Notes: generated by a model from the sequence alone, not told the origin. 64,000 nt of DNA from an uncultured Candidatus Saccharibacteria bacterium (GCA_964521185.1 CAZFRC010000002.1:7779-71778); one strand, 5' to 3'; positions 19,538 through 30,125 are shown, counted from the stretch's first letter. Numbers and translations: made by a program.

Positions 19538-20977
19538 ATGGATCGAATGTCAAAACGACTATTCCTCACTACCACGTTGCCGTATGTGAACGCCGATCCT
19601 CATATCGGGTTTGCTCTTGAGATAATTCACGCTGATGCTTACGCGCGATTCCACCGCCTCCTTGGGCACGATGTTTTTTTTAATACCGGTACTGACGAGC
19701 ATGGGCAAAAAATATTTGAGGCCGCTCATAAAAAAGGGGAAAATGTGCAAGCATACGTCAATCACTATGCGTCTGAATTCCAAAAACTTAAAGACATTCT
19801 AGATCTTTCAAACGACACTTTCATACGTACCACAGATCCTCATCATAAAGAGGCTGCTGCAGAGATGTGGAGGCGTTGCGATGCGTCTGGTGATATTTAT
19901 AAAAAAGCGTACGAAGGACTCTACTGTGTCGGATGTGAGCGATTCTTGACTGACAAAGATATTGAAAATGAAATGTGTGTCATCCATCTGAAACCGCCGA
20001 CACTTCTTCGTGAAGAAAATTACTTTTTTCGATTTTCTCGATATCAAGAAAAACTATTAAAGTATCTTTCAGGATCGGAGGTGATAATCCCTGAATGGCG
20101 ACGCGAGGAGGCGATAGCATTTGTGGAAGCAGGGCTTGAAGATTTCAGTATTTCGCGCGAAAAAAAGCGTCTTTCGTGGGGTATACCAGTGCCGGGCGAT
20201 GATACTCAGGTGATGTATGTGTGGTTTGACGCACTCACGAATTATATTTCAACCCTTGGATGGCCAGGAGATCAGGAAGGAAATTTCAAAACATATTGGG
20301 AGGAAGGTAAGGCAATACAGTTTGCCGGCAAGGATCAGGTGCGATTTCAGTCGCTCATGTGGCAGGCAATGCTCATGTCTGCGGGAGTTAAAAATACCGA
20401 CGTGATATTTTACCATGGATTCATCATTACGGGGGGGCAGAAAATGTCCAAGTCTTTGGGAAATGTTATTAGTCCGCTCGACATTGTGAATGAGTACGGT
20501 ACTGATGCGCTCCGCTACTATCTTTTGCGTCATGTGCATCCAGTCGACGATTCCGACGTGACTCTTCAAAAAATTAAAGAAATCTATAATGCTAATCTTG
20601 CAAACGGGCTCGGGAATCTTGCGGCTCGCATAATGAAACTCTCCGAAATCCATCTGACCACGTCGGTTTCCATACCGGAATCAAAAGTATTTCCGACCGA
20701 ATACGCTGAAGCACTGGATCGATTCGAATTTCATCACGCGGTCAATTATGTGTGGAATCGAATTCAGGCGCTTGATCAGCGTATTACAACCGAGGAACCG
20801 TTCCGTTTGATCCAAACAGATGTAGAGAAGGGAAAGAAAGTCATACAGAGTCTGGTGATTGAGCTCGGTTCCATTGCCCATCTTCTTCAGCCGTTAATGC
20901 CAGCGACCTCAAAGAAGCTCACCGATGCTATTCTTTCCAACAAAAAACCAGAGTCGTTATTTCCTCGGAAAGATTAA
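19538..20977 (+). CDS. metG: Methionyl-tRNA synthetase, short form without the C-terminal domain.
   Basis: TTTLPYVNADPHIGFALE (HIGH-like) and KMSKSLGNVISP. Confidence 0.92.
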   Translation: MDRMSKRLFLTTTLPYVNADPHIGFALEIIHADAYARFHRLLGHDVFFNTGTDEHGQKIFEAAHKKGENVQAYVNHYASEFQKLKDILDLSNDTFIRTTDPHHKEAAAEMWRRCDASGDIYKKAYEGLYCVGCERFLTDKDIENEMCVIHLKPPTLLREENYFFRFSRYQEKLLKYLSGSEVIIPEWRREEAIAFVEAGLEDFSISREKKRLSWGIPVPGDDTQVMYVWFDALTNYISTLGWPGDQEGNFKTYWEEGKAIQFAGKDQVRFQSLMWQAMLMSAGVKNTDVIFYHGFIITGGQKMSKSLGNVISPLDIVNEYGTDALRYYLLRHVHPVDDSDVTLQKIKEIYNANLANGLGNLAARIMKLSEIHLTTSVSIPESKVFPTEYAEALDRFEFHHAVNYVWNRIQALDQRITTEEPFRLIQTDVEKGKKVIQSLVIELGSIAHLLQPLMPATSKKLTDAILSNKKPESLFPRKD

Positions 20978-20995
20978 TCCGGAACAGAAACTATC

Positions 20996-21787
20996 GTGTC
21001 TACTGCGTTTGAAATTATAGATGTTCATTCTCATCTCAACCTCTCACATTTCGATGGGGACAGAGAAGTTGTTGTTGCTCGTATGGAGGCAGAGAAAATC
21101 GGAACGATTGTAATCGGAGTAGACCTTGAATCTTCCAGGCGAGCGGTGGCACTCGCGGATGCACACGCACATATATGGGCATCGGTGGGACTTCATCCGG
21201 CAGATAATCGATCCGAACGTTTTGATGAGGGGCGATACATAGAACTGCTACAACACAAAAGGGTAGTGGCAGTAGGAGAGTGCGGGCTTGATTATTATCG
21301 TGGTGCCGACGAGGCCGAGAAGAATCGGCAAAAGGAATTATTCGAGCGGCAGATTGTTTTTGCGAAGCAACACGATTTGCCGCTTATGCTCCACGGTCGG
21401 CCGAGCAAGGGAACGATGGATGCATACAGAGATATTATTGAAATTCTTTCCTCACAGACGAACGCTCGTGTGCGTGGCAACGTCCATTTTTTTGTTGGCG
21501 ATATTGCTACTGCCCGTCGATTCCTGGACTTAAATTTTACACTATCCTTCACCGGGGTCATTACCTTTTCTCGCGATTACGACGAAGTAATCCGATTTCT
21601 TCCAGAAGAAATGATACTTGCAGAAACCGACGCTCCGTTTGCCGCTCCGGAACCCTATCGAGGGAAGCGGTGCGACCCGCTTCATGTTAAGTTAGTGGCC
21701 GAAAAACTCGCGGAAATTCGTGCCGAAAATACGTCGGATTTTCGGCACGCCCTCCTCAAAAACACCAAAACGCTCTTCGGGGTCTAG
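20996..21787 (+). CDS. tatD: TatD-family metal-dependent hydrolase/DNase with a GTG start. metG-tatD is a conserved synteny.
   Basis: IDVHSHLN and GECGLDYY are present. Confidence 0.85.
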   Translation: MSTAFEIIDVHSHLNLSHFDGDREVVVARMEAEKIGTIVIGVDLESSRRAVALADAHAHIWASVGLHPADNRSERFDEGRYIELLQHKRVVAVGECGLDYYRGADEAEKNRQKELFERQIVFAKQHDLPLMLHGRPSKGTMDAYRDIIEILSSQTNARVRGNVHFFVGDIATARRFLDLNFTLSFTGVITFSRDYDEVIRFLPEEMILAETDAPFAAPEPYRGKRCDPLHVKLVAEKLAEIRAENTSDFRHALLKNTKTLFGV

Positions 21788-21829
21788 CTTGCGGGAGTGT
21801 TTTTCCTGTGCTAGTGTTACGCACACTAT

Positions 21830-22366
21830 ATGGCAGAAAATGACGAATTGAACGCCGTTCATATATCCGAGGAAGAAGATGTTGGGGCTGACCCCGGCCT
21901 TGTTTCGTGTTACGAAATAGGATTCCATTTGCCTCCTACTTTTTCCGACACGGAAATTTCCGGATACCTTGAAAAAATTCATACCCTCCTTGAATCGAAC
22001 GGGGCATTGGTTATAGCCGAAGGACATCCAGAACTTATTGACCTCGCGTATCCCATACAAGGGCAAAAGACAAATGTATGGTTTACCAACGCTTATTTTG
22101 GATGGATTAAGTTTGAATTACCTCGCGCGCACATCCTGTCTATACAGACCGCCTTTGAAGCAGATGGGTCGATCGTCCGTTTTCTGTTGGTCGCCGCTTC
22201 TCGCGATGTAACTATTCCGTTTCGCAAGGCAGTCCGAGTAAGTGATAAGCCAGAGAAAAAATTTACACAACCATCAGTTGTTGCTCCGTATCAGGAAATC
22301 TCTGAAGAAGAACTGGATAAGGCTGTAGAACAGCTTGTCGGCGAACCCACCACTGCGGTACAGTAA
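21830..22366 (+). CDS. rpsF: 30S ribosomal protein S6 with N- and C-terminal extensions.
   Basis: The core YEIGFHLPP...LEKIHTLLESNGALVIAEGHPELIDLAYPIQGQKTNVWF is present. It is followed by ssb and rpsR. Confidence 0.75.
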   Translation: MAENDELNAVHISEEEDVGADPGLVSCYEIGFHLPPTFSDTEISGYLEKIHTLLESNGALVIAEGHPELIDLAYPIQGQKTNVWFTNAYFGWIKFELPRAHILSIQTAFEADGSIVRFLLVAASRDVTIPFRKAVRVSDKPEKKFTQPSVVAPYQEISEEELDKAVEQLVGEPTTAVQ

Positions 22367-22371
22367 GAAGC

Positions 22372-22815
22372 ATGTATCTCAACAAGGCGTACATCCTCGG
22401 CAACCTCACCCGCGATCCTGAGCTTCGATCGCTCCCTTCAGGAGCCAAGGTTGCTTCGTTTGGCGTTGCGACCAATCGCCGATACAAGGATCAAAATGGT
22501 ACATGGCAAGACGCCACTGAGTATCACAATATCGTCGTATTTGGTCGCTCCGCAGAAACATCAGCCCAATATCTCAAAAAGGGCAGTTCGGTATTAGTTG
22601 AAGGGCGGATTCAAACGCGGAGCTGGGAGTCAGATGGTAAAAAGAACTATCGCACAGAAATTGTTGCAGAGCGTGTACAGTTTGGTCCTCGAAGCAGTGG
22701 CGGAAACAGCGAAAGCGGGAAAGAGAATCCTCGAAATGGGGGGGCTTCACAAAAAGAAGAAAATGCGATTGAATACCCCGACGAGGAAATTAATCCGGAC
22801 GATATTCCATTTTAA
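22372..22815 (+). CDS. ssb: Single-stranded DNA-binding protein.
   Basis: OB fold MYLNKAYILGNLTRDPELR... and an acidic C-terminal tail DDIPF. Confidence 0.9.
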   Translation: MYLNKAYILGNLTRDPELRSLPSGAKVASFGVATNRRYKDQNGTWQDATEYHNIVVFGRSAETSAQYLKKGSSVLVEGRIQTRSWESDGKKNYRTEIVAERVQFGPRSSGGNSESGKENPRNGGASQKEENAIEYPDEEINPDDIPF

Positions 22816-22834
22816 CCACCATTCAACAGATCAT

Positions 22835-23029
22835 ATGCACGCAACGCAAAAAGACAGCCCAAAACACATTGATTGGAAGGATATTGAAACTTTGAGAAAA
22901 TTCGTAAATCCTCACGGCCGTATCAATGCCAAAAAACATACAAATCTTTCGGCAAAAGATCAGCGGTTGCTCAAAACTGCCATTAAGCGAGCTCGGTTTA
23001 TGGGCCTTCTCCCTTACATCGAGAGATAA
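22835..23029 (+). CDS. rpsR: 30S ribosomal protein S18. The ATG at 22835 lies inside the longer 22598 ORF.
   Basis: KDIETLRKFVNPHGRINAKKHTNLSAKDQRLLKTAIKRARFMGLLPY. Confidence 0.85.
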   Translation: MHATQKDSPKHIDWKDIETLRKFVNPHGRINAKKHTNLSAKDQRLLKTAIKRARFMGLLPYIER

Positions 23030-23065
23030 ACACGTTTTGTAGTGAGTAACAATAGAGTGTGGCAA

Positions 23066-23097
23066 ACACTACACCCGCCAGATGGCGGGTGTAGTGT
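23066..23097. terminator. Bidirectional intrinsic terminator between the convergent rpsR and efp.
   Basis: ACACTACACCCGCC-agat-GGCGGGTGTAGTGT, a 14-bp stem, followed by a T-rich stretch. Confidence 0.7.
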
Positions 23098-23129
23098 TCT
23101 TCCGACAATGATCAGTGTTCTTTCAACCA

Positions 23130-23702
23130 TTATGAACCTTTCTCCATTCGCTCAACGTATTCACCAGTTTCTGTGTTGATGCGCACCAAGTCGCCTTCGT
23201 TAATAAAAAGGGGAGTCATTAATGTTGCACCGGTTTCAAGAACAACTTGTTTTGATGCGCCCTGTGCCGTATTACCTTTGACTGCCGGAGCGGCTTCTTT
23301 GACGAGAAGGTCCATTTTAATAGGGAGCGTAATTCCTATGATTTTTTCATCGAAAACGAGAGCATCCACCGCCGTTTTTTCTTTAAGGAATCGAGAGGAG
23401 TCCCCTATAATTGTTTCAGGAACTGAAAAACGCGCTCGCGGGTTGTCTTCTTCGTGGAACCAGCTATCACCTTTTTGTCTATAAATAAACACTACTTTCT
23501 TTTTAGAGATATCCGCCTCGTCAATCGACTCTGATTGATGGAATGACTTCTCTACTACTTTACCGGAAATAAGATTACGGAGCTTAGTCTGATTCACTGG
23601 TTTTCGCTGTTGTTTACGAAATACGTGTGCAGAAAGCACTTCATAGGGCTCTCCGTCGACGATGATAAACTTTTTTGGAAGCACTTCGTTATAATCAAGC
23701 AT
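23130..23702 (-). CDS. efp: Elongation factor P.
   Basis: The length fits and the three OB-like domains are conserved across EF-P. Confidence 0.9.
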   Translation of the reverse strand: MLDYNEVLPKKFIIVDGEPYEVLSAHVFRKQQRKPVNQTKLRNLISGKVVEKSFHQSESIDEADISKKKVVFIYRQKGDSWFHEEDNPRARFSVPETIIGDSSRFLKEKTAVDALVFDEKIIGITLPIKMDLLVKEAAPAVKGNTAQGASKQVVLETGATLMTPLFINEGDLVRINTETGEYVERMEKGS

Positions 23703-23835
23703 TGGGGCATTCTAGACGGTTTGCCCACGTTTTTCAAGATATACCACCAAAGCGTCCGTATTGAGATTTCCAGGTCATTCCTCCATATAGAGAAAAGATT
23801 GAAACCTTGAGGCAAATGCCCAGGTTGTCCTTTGT

Positions 23836-24462
23836 ATGGGTGAAGGTATGATGGGGAGGCACGGCATAGCGTGTACGGTGTTGCGTATGAAAGACACAGA
23901 GTTTTTTGAAGTTGCCACACGTTCTGACGAAGAAGTTTTGACATTGTCGCTTGCACACCCCGCGTTATTTGAAGAGTTGGTTCGGCGCTACCAAACCCCA
24001 TTCCTTCGAAAAGCGGAAAGCATCCTGAGGAATCGAAACGACGCGGAAGATGTGGTACAAGATACTTTTACTCGAATCTATATCGCGGGGGCTCGTTTTA
24101 AAACAGTGCCTGGTGCTTCGTTTCGATCGTGGGCGTATCGTATTCTAGTAAATACGGCGATTACCCGATATCAGAAAAATAAACGTGTGCGCGACGGGTT
24201 TGCCGAACTTGAGCCCGAGACGTACGAGATGCTTCCTGATCATGGTCAGCTTCGCGAAAGAGAAGAAAGGGAGCTTTCGGATTACATAGTGTCGGCGTTC
24301 GCACGCATTCCAGACATACTCGAAAGATCTTTACGGATGCATTTTTTGGAAGGGAAGACGCAGGAAGAAATTGCGCACAAAGAGGGAGTGTCAGTTGGGG
24401 CAATCAAAACGCGCGTGCATCGAGCCAAGAAAGCGTTTCGTGATGCGAGTAAACATATATAA
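23836..24462 (+). CDS. ECF-type RNA polymerase sigma factor. The likely ATG is at 23887.
   Basis: Region 2 DAEDVVQDTFTRIY and region 4 HTH EEIAHKEGVSVGAIKTRVHRAKKAF. Confidence 0.8.
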   Translation: MGEGMMGRHGIACTVLRMKDTEFFEVATRSDEEVLTLSLAHPALFEELVRRYQTPFLRKAESILRNRNDAEDVVQDTFTRIYIAGARFKTVPGASFRSWAYRILVNTAITRYQKNKRVRDGFAELEPETYEMLPDHGQLREREERELSDYIVSAFARIPDILERSLRMHFLEGKTQEEIAHKEGVSVGAIKTRVHRAKKAFRDASKHI

Positions 24463-24472
24463 TGCAGGTATA

Positions 24473-24808
24473 ATGTTCATGTCTATGGACACAGATAATG
24501 AAAATTTAAATAGAAAAATAATGCGCCGCATTTGGATCGTGTATTTTTTACGACGCGTATGGACCCCACTCCTTCGAAAAATCTATGTCCTTGCAGGATT
24601 GTTTTTTGCGGTGACTTCGTTGGTGTCTCTCCCAAATGTCATTGCTAATCTTCCCCAAGAAGGGTTGCGTGCGATTGGCACATTTCTATGGAATGCACTC
24701 ATTAATGCGGAGTTTGCGGTACAAATGCTAACGATAGGAATGGTTGTGTGGGTATCCCTCCTCGTCCGAGACATTTTGATACAAATGAAGCCTTCATCAT
24801 TTGCGTAA
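24473..24808 (+). CDS. Putative membrane anti-sigma factor, small TM protein, immediately after the ECF sigma. It lies in-frame inside ORF 24371.
   Basis: Position right after the sigma factor, two predicted TM helices, and no recognisable domain. Confidence 0.4.
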   Translation: MFMSMDTDNENLNRKIMRRIWIVYFLRRVWTPLLRKIYVLAGLFFAVTSLVSLPNVIANLPQEGLRAIGTFLWNALINAEFAVQMLTIGMVVWVSLLVRDILIQMKPSSFA

Positions 24809-24815
24809 ACGGCGT

Positions 24816-25811
24816 TTATATTGAGAATTCTTCACGAAGCTTTTCTCGTATTTGCTTAAGGAGTTCATGCGATACGGATTTATTCTCTCGAAGGTATGTT
24901 CGTGTTGCGTCATATCCTTTACCAAGCGGTTGGTCGTTAAATTTATACGACGCACCTGATTTAGAAATAATGCCGTATTTTTCCCCAAGCGCGAGCATTT
25001 CACCTTCGCGGGAGATACCTTCATTGTAGATAAGATCAAATTCAGTCTGACGAAAGGGTGCAGCGACTTTGTTTTTTACCACCTTGACTCGGTGACGCCC
25101 GCCGACGACTTCATCTCCTTTCTTAATTTGGGCGATGCGACGAATGTCGAGCCGTACTGATGTGTAAAATTTGAGCGCCTTGCCTCCCGGCGTGGTTTCA
25201 GGATTTCCAAACATAACTCCAATTTGCATTCGGATTTGGTTAATGAAAATCACAATGGTTTTTGATCGTGCCACTATCGCGGTGAGTTTTCGAAGAGCCT
25301 GGCTCATAAGGCGGGCTTGTTTTCCTACATGCGTCTGGCCCATATCTCCCTCAATTTCATCTTTAGGGGTAAGGGCGGCGACGGAATCGATTACTACCAC
25401 ATCTATTTTTCCGCTTCGCACCAATGATTCACAGATTTCAAGCGCCTGTTCCCCGGTGTCGGGTTGTGAAATCAACAAATCGTCGATTTTTACTCCAAGA
25501 CGTTTCGTGTATTCGGGATCAAGCGCATGCTCTGCGTCGATATACGCACACACGCCTCCTTTCTTTTGCGCTTCAGCTACCACATGGAGCGACAGCGTTG
25601 TTTTTCCAGAGGATTCTGGACCAAAGATTTCAATAATGCGTCCACGGGGAAGCCCACCAATACCGAGCGCTGCGTCGAGTCCTAATGAACCAGTTGGTAT
25701 TGTGTCGACGTTCACCTTGGGGCGTTCGCCAAGGGTCATTATTGCTTCGTCACCGAACTTAGTTTTAATTGCCTTAAGCGCGTCTTCTATCAGCGAACGA
25801 TCATTCTCCAT
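24816..25811 (-). CDS. recA: Recombinase RecA. The start is trimmed to MENDRS; the ORF extends to 25856.
   Basis: GPESSGKTT Walker A and the full RecA core. Confidence 0.95.
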   Translation of the reverse strand: MENDRSLIEDALKAIKTKFGDEAIMTLGERPKVNVDTIPTGSLGLDAALGIGGLPRGRIIEIFGPESSGKTTLSLHVVAEAQKKGGVCAYIDAEHALDPEYTKRLGVKIDDLLISQPDTGEQALEICESLVRSGKIDVVVIDSVAALTPKDEIEGDMGQTHVGKQARLMSQALRKLTAIVARSKTIVIFINQIRMQIGVMFGNPETTPGGKALKFYTSVRLDIRRIAQIKKGDEVVGGRHRVKVVKNKVAAPFRQTEFDLIYNEGISREGEMLALGEKYGIISKSGASYKFNDQPLGKGYDATRTYLRENKSVSHELLKQIREKLREEFSI

Positions 25812-25827
25812 TGGTTTCTCCTCTGAA

Positions 25828-26208
25828 CTAGATCTCGCTGTTTTTTTCTTTAGCATGTTCGACAGTAATGTGGCGTTCCACGGTTATCTCCCTATTAAAA
25901 CGATCTTTTGCAGTTATAACGAGTACAGTATACCCCATGGGAAGTAGAAGCGCCTCCGTAAATCTCCCCTCCTCATCGGTGAACACCCGCCTTCCGTTCA
26001 GTGTAATAAATGAAGCGTTTTTTATAACTCCGCTTATTGTAACGAATGGGTGCATGAAATGATCCCCATCTTGCGGAGATATGATTGTGATGGATGGACC
26101 CGATAGATATCGGCGCGCCTCGAATAGGGTATATCCGATAAAAAGTACGATCCCAGCAATTAAAAGTACGACCGTTTTTTTCGAAAGCGTATTATCGAAC
26201 CGCATCAT
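25828..26208 (-). CDS. Hypothetical small membrane-anchored protein.
   Basis: N-terminal TM helix and a plausible ORF between ftsK and recA. Confidence 0.4.
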   Translation of the reverse strand: MMRFDNTLSKKTVVLLIAGIVLFIGYTLFEARRYLSGPSITIISPQDGDHFMHPFVTISGVIKNASFITLNGRRVFTDEEGRFTEALLLPMGYTVLVITAKDRFNREITVERHITVEHAKEKNSEI

Positions 26209-28453
26209 CGTTTTCTAAAGTATCAGCACTGGTATCTTTGGTTCCGACCAGTATTTCCCGCGGCCTTGAACCATCCTGGGGCCCTATAACTCCGCGCTCT
26301 TCGAGCACATCCATCAGTCGCGCGGCTCGCGCGTATCCAATACGGAGTCTTCGTTGCAGATATGAGGTTGAAGCTTTGCCCGCCGAAACCACCTCATCTT
26401 TTGCACGCTCATATAGCTCGTCATCAATTTCTTCTTCATCCTCCAGCGAACCGCTAAAGATGGGATTATCCATACTTTGGACCTCTTTTGAAGTGAAATC
26501 AACCTGGCTTGGCGGCGCATCGTCTGTTTTTTTCAAATAATTGACTACGTTTTTTACCTCAGATTCTGATATGAACGCCGATTGCAAACGAAGCGGCTTT
26601 GCCATATCGCCGGAAAGGTAGAGCATGTCTCCTGCCCCCAAAAGCTTTTCTGCTCCCCCCATATCAAGAATTGTTCGGGAATCGATTTGCGATGATACCT
26701 GGAGTGCGGCTCGAGCAGGGATGTTTGCTTTGATAAGTCCAGTGATAACGTTAACTGAAGGCCGTTGAGTTGACAGCACCAGATGGATGCCAACCGCTCG
26801 GCTCATTTGAGCAAGGCGCACAACCGCAGCTTCCATTTCGCGAGGGTATGTTTGCATTATGTCAGCAAGTTCATCGACAACGATTACTACATAGGGCATC
26901 GGCTCAGGAAGTGTTCCGTCCGAGTCGGTGCGCCCACCCATTTTTTTCATGGCAGGGGCCACCACAGATTCATGATACGAATGAATATCCCGCACTTTTT
27001 CAGTTTCAAGAATGTCGTATCGGCGATCCATCTCTTTCGCAGCCCACTTTAATGCTAGGATTGCCTTCTTTGCATCAGTGATAACAGGAGAAAGCAAGTG
27101 TGGAATACCGTTGTACAGTGTCAGTTCTACGCGTTTTGGATCAATCATAATAAACCGCATGGCGTTTGGACCATTTCGATACAGCAGAGAAGTAATGAGA
27201 CCGTGAATGGTTACCGACTTTCCGCTTCCCGTGGTACCCGCGATCAGAAGGTGGGGCATTTTTGCAATATCCGCATAATGAGGGGTGCCTGCAATATCTC
27301 GTCCGAGTGCGGTGAGGAGTGTTTTTTGGCTTTCCACGAAAGGAGATGCTCCGATCAGAGAACCAAGCCCTACGAGTGCTTTTGCAGAATTAGGCACCTC
27401 GATCCCGACTAGCGATTTTCCTGGGATGGGTGCCTCAATGCGGATCGGAGAAGCCGCGAGTGCGAGTTCAATGTTGCTTTGAAGGCTGACAATTTTAGAT
27501 ATACGGACGCCCTCAGCGGGTTTTAGTGCGTAGCGAGTAACCGTGGGACCAACCGATATTTCATCAATCTCCACTTGAATACCGAAATTTTGGAGTGCGC
27601 GTTTGATAATGTTGGCGTTCGCTTTTGTATCTCCCACGCTCGCTTTGCCACGATCTTTTTCAAGGAGTGAAAGCGGAGGTGGTTCATAAGGACTCCATGA
27701 TGTTTGGAGAATTCGCCCGAACGTTCCCGTATCTTCGTGGAGAGGTTCTACAGCCTGGTGTTTTATCTTTGAAGTCGCAAGAGGCTCACTTGGTGCTCGA
27801 ACGGGGACATTCTCCTCAAAGTCTTCTTTTTGATCGGAACCATGTTCCGGGTTTGTTTTTTCAAAAAACTCGGGATCTTGACCTTCTTCTGCGATCACAT
27901 TGTCGGCATATTCTCCTCTATCAAAAATAAATCCTCGAAACCGTTCAAACACACTTCTGAATGTGGGCATAGATAATTCGAGTGCGGCATTAAAAAGAAT
28001 CAGAAGCGCGCTCACTATGATGGCGCAAAGAAAGAGAATCGAAACGTATATATCAAATATTTGCCTAAGAAGAACACCAAACGCCTGTCCGATTACTCCG
28101 CCGTGCTCGTTAGCGGTAACGCCAATGAGACCGAGTGTCGCGGTAAATAACCCAAGAGCGGCGACGCCGCGGACGATACTAAGAGACGTTTTACCTCCCC
28201 TCAGAATGATCCAGGAAAATATCACCAAAACCGTCGGGATCATAAAAAAACCGATGCCAAAAAGATACGCTAGCGCTTTGTACACAAACGTCCCAACACG
28301 TCCTGCACTGTCAAAGGCCGCGAGCAAGAAGAAACCGCTTGCGGTAAACGCAAGGAGGGCAACAATGCTTCTGAGCGTTTCAGTACGAATCTCATCGAAA
28401 ATAGATCCAGTATCAGAAACTTCAGAAACCCGATTCTTTCTTTTTTGTCCCAT
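26192..28453 (-). CDS. ftsK: DNA translocase FtsK/SpoIIIE. The start is trimmed to MGQKRK; the ORF extends to 28501.
   Basis: N-terminal TM segments. The motor has GTTGSGKS and VVIVVDELADIM, and a C-terminal gamma wHTH domain is present. Confidence 0.92.
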   Translation of the reverse strand: MGQKRKNRVSEVSDTGSIFDEIRTETLRSIVALLAFTASGFFLLAAFDSAGRVGTFVYKALAYLFGIGFFMIPTVLVIFSWIILRGGKTSLSIVRGVAALGLFTATLGLIGVTANEHGGVIGQAFGVLLRQIFDIYVSILFLCAIIVSALLILFNAALELSMPTFRSVFERFRGFIFDRGEYADNVIAEEGQDPEFFEKTNPEHGSDQKEDFEENVPVRAPSEPLATSKIKHQAVEPLHEDTGTFGRILQTSWSPYEPPPLSLLEKDRGKASVGDTKANANIIKRALQNFGIQVEIDEISVGPTVTRYALKPAEGVRISKIVSLQSNIELALAASPIRIEAPIPGKSLVGIEVPNSAKALVGLGSLIGASPFVESQKTLLTALGRDIAGTPHYADIAKMPHLLIAGTTGSGKSVTIHGLITSLLYRNGPNAMRFIMIDPKRVELTLYNGIPHLLSPVITDAKKAILALKWAAKEMDRRYDILETEKVRDIHSYHESVVAPAMKKMGGRTDSDGTLPEPMPYVVIVVDELADIMQTYPREMEAAVVRLAQMSRAVGIHLVLSTQRPSVNVITGLIKANIPARAALQVSSQIDSRTILDMGGAEKLLGAGDMLYLSGDMAKPLRLQSAFISESEVKNVVNYLKKTDDAPPSQVDFTSKEVQSMDNPIFSGSLEDEEEIDDELYERAKDEVVSAGKASTSYLQRRLRIGYARAARLMDVLEERGVIGPQDGSRPREILVGTKDTSADTLENDDAVR

Positions 28454-28587
28454 GAACGCTCCAATGATAGCAAAAATATTGCTGAGACACCCCACAAACA
28501 AGGTGGGAAATAAAAACCCACCTCTGCAACACTAAAGGGCAGTATGCAATATACCAAAAAGACAGCAAAGGATTACTATATAAGTCA

Positions 28588-28659
28588 TAAAAGACGTACG
28601 CTACGATTGTCTTTTAAATACAAGTAGCATGTATGAATTTAAGTCTTTTATAAAAAGAC
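28588..28659. promoter_or_regulatory. Two operator-like palindromes sharing AAAGAC/GTCTTT half-sites upstream of the wHTH gene.
   Basis: TAAAAGAC-N13-GTCTTTTA at 28588-28616, and the everted GTCTTTT-at-AAAAGAC at 28643-28659. Confidence 0.4.
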
Positions 28660-28679
28660 TAAAAATATAGTTAAAAAAT

Positions 28680-29420
28680 ATGTCTTTTATTAAAAAAGGA
28701 CGTGATGTATACTTTATAACCAAAAAGGTAGAAAGAATTGCTGCAGCAATACACCTCCTTACTGCGCGAATTCAGGATGATCCCATGTCTAAAAAAATAA
28801 GGGAAGCCAGCGCTTCTTGCCTCCATATAACGATGCAAGACCCTTTCCAAGGAGCCGTTATAAATAAGACGCTTGAATGGCAAAAATCATTTCTTACGGT
28901 GCTTCACAATTCTGAATATATATCGCCAATGAACTATGAAATAGTATGTGAAGAAATAGACAATGTACGTATAGTGGTGAGTGAGGTTGAGAGAGAAAAT
29001 CAAAAAACAGGACCGATATTCACTCGAGAGTATTTTAAAGTACCATTTCGGGATCGTTTTGAAACCCCACCCAAAAATCAAGCAGTATCTTCCTTTCAAG
29101 ATAAAGGACAATTCCGAGAAGAAAGGGAGGTATCAAAAGGACACTTCATTACTTCAAAAGGACAAAAAACACCTACAAGTATTCTAAAGGACAGTAACGT
29201 AACTTATAATAATGGACGTGATGAAAGGATAAAAAGTATACTATCAATAGTAGATTCTATTGGGAGTGTAACGATAAAGGACATATCGAGAACTATAAAA
29301 GACTTAAGCGAAAAAACAATACAAAGAGAATTGCTAGCTCTTGTAGGGAAAGGGATATTACAAAAAAACGGAGAGCGTCGTTGGAGTACGTATTCAATGG
29401 CAGAACGTAAGGAAATATAA
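28680..29420 (+). CDS. Hypothetical protein with a C-terminal winged-helix DNA-binding domain, AT-rich.
   Basis: The C-terminal ...IGSVTIKDISRTIKDLSEKTIQRELLALVGKGILQKNGERRWSTYS is a wHTH pattern. Confidence 0.55.
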   Translation: MSFIKKGRDVYFITKKVERIAAAIHLLTARIQDDPMSKKIREASASCLHITMQDPFQGAVINKTLEWQKSFLTVLHNSEYISPMNYEIVCEEIDNVRIVVSEVERENQKTGPIFTREYFKVPFRDRFETPPKNQAVSSFQDKGQFREEREVSKGHFITSKGQKTPTSILKDSNVTYNNGRDERIKSILSIVDSIGSVTIKDISRTIKDLSEKTIQRELLALVGKGILQKNGERRWSTYSMAERKEI

Positions 29421-29884
29421 GGACGATTTTTCATACAAAAAGGGTAAGAGGGACGGTGTCAGAACGTCTCTTTGTCTAGAAGGAGGCATAGTCCATTTCT
29501 TTGACTTTTGGCTCTCAATATGAGATTCTGAACCCTGTGGATAAATGTAACAAAAAGCCCTATGAAATAGTGGCTTTTGGTGTTTTTATCCACACGGCGC
29601 CCTTTGCTGCATCCTCCCAGGCTTCTATACTTTTAAAGTATCGTGCCATATTTTAGGCGGACGCTTTAAAGTGCTAATCCTCGGTTTGTGGAATAAGTGT
29701 TCGGGGCGCGGGAGTACGTTGACAATTTAATATTCTGAACCGACATAAAATTAAACGAACGGCTATATTTACCGGTTTCTTTTTTCTGCTCGCCTTATAT
29801 CTTTTTATTTTGGTAAAACGATATACGGTATTGTCGCAATAACGGTTGTACATTCTGACATCCTTCTTACTACCAACACTCGCG

Positions 29885-29910
29885 CCAAGAACATCCTCGG
29901 ATGTTCTTGG
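29885..29910. promoter_or_regulatory. Perfect 12-bp inverted repeat with a 2-nt spacer, CCAAGAACATCC-tc-GGATGTTCTTGG, in the long region upstream of the surface-protein gene.
   Basis: Exact palindrome read directly from the sequence. Confidence 0.4.
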
Positions 29911-30125
29911 TGTGATTAAAAGAAAGTTGGTACATGATCAGTCTTCAGGTGTCGATCCCTGATGAGCCTGATTATTCAGAAGCCACAATTGATTTCTCGA
30001 TTGGTCGAAGCAAACGAGATCATTCAATAGTGGCGAATCACATTAGAGATTCTTTTGCACACAACTTACAAGCTTTAGCAGTTAAGTAGTGCAACGGAAT
30101 CAGCAATTACAGGAAAATAAAAATT

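Noticed and set aside
29959-29966. CTGATGAG, a hammerhead-ribozyme-like core, in the long intergenic region.
   Set aside because: The flanking sequence does not form the required stem II hairpin or the GAAA/stem III arrangement. It is a chance occurrence.
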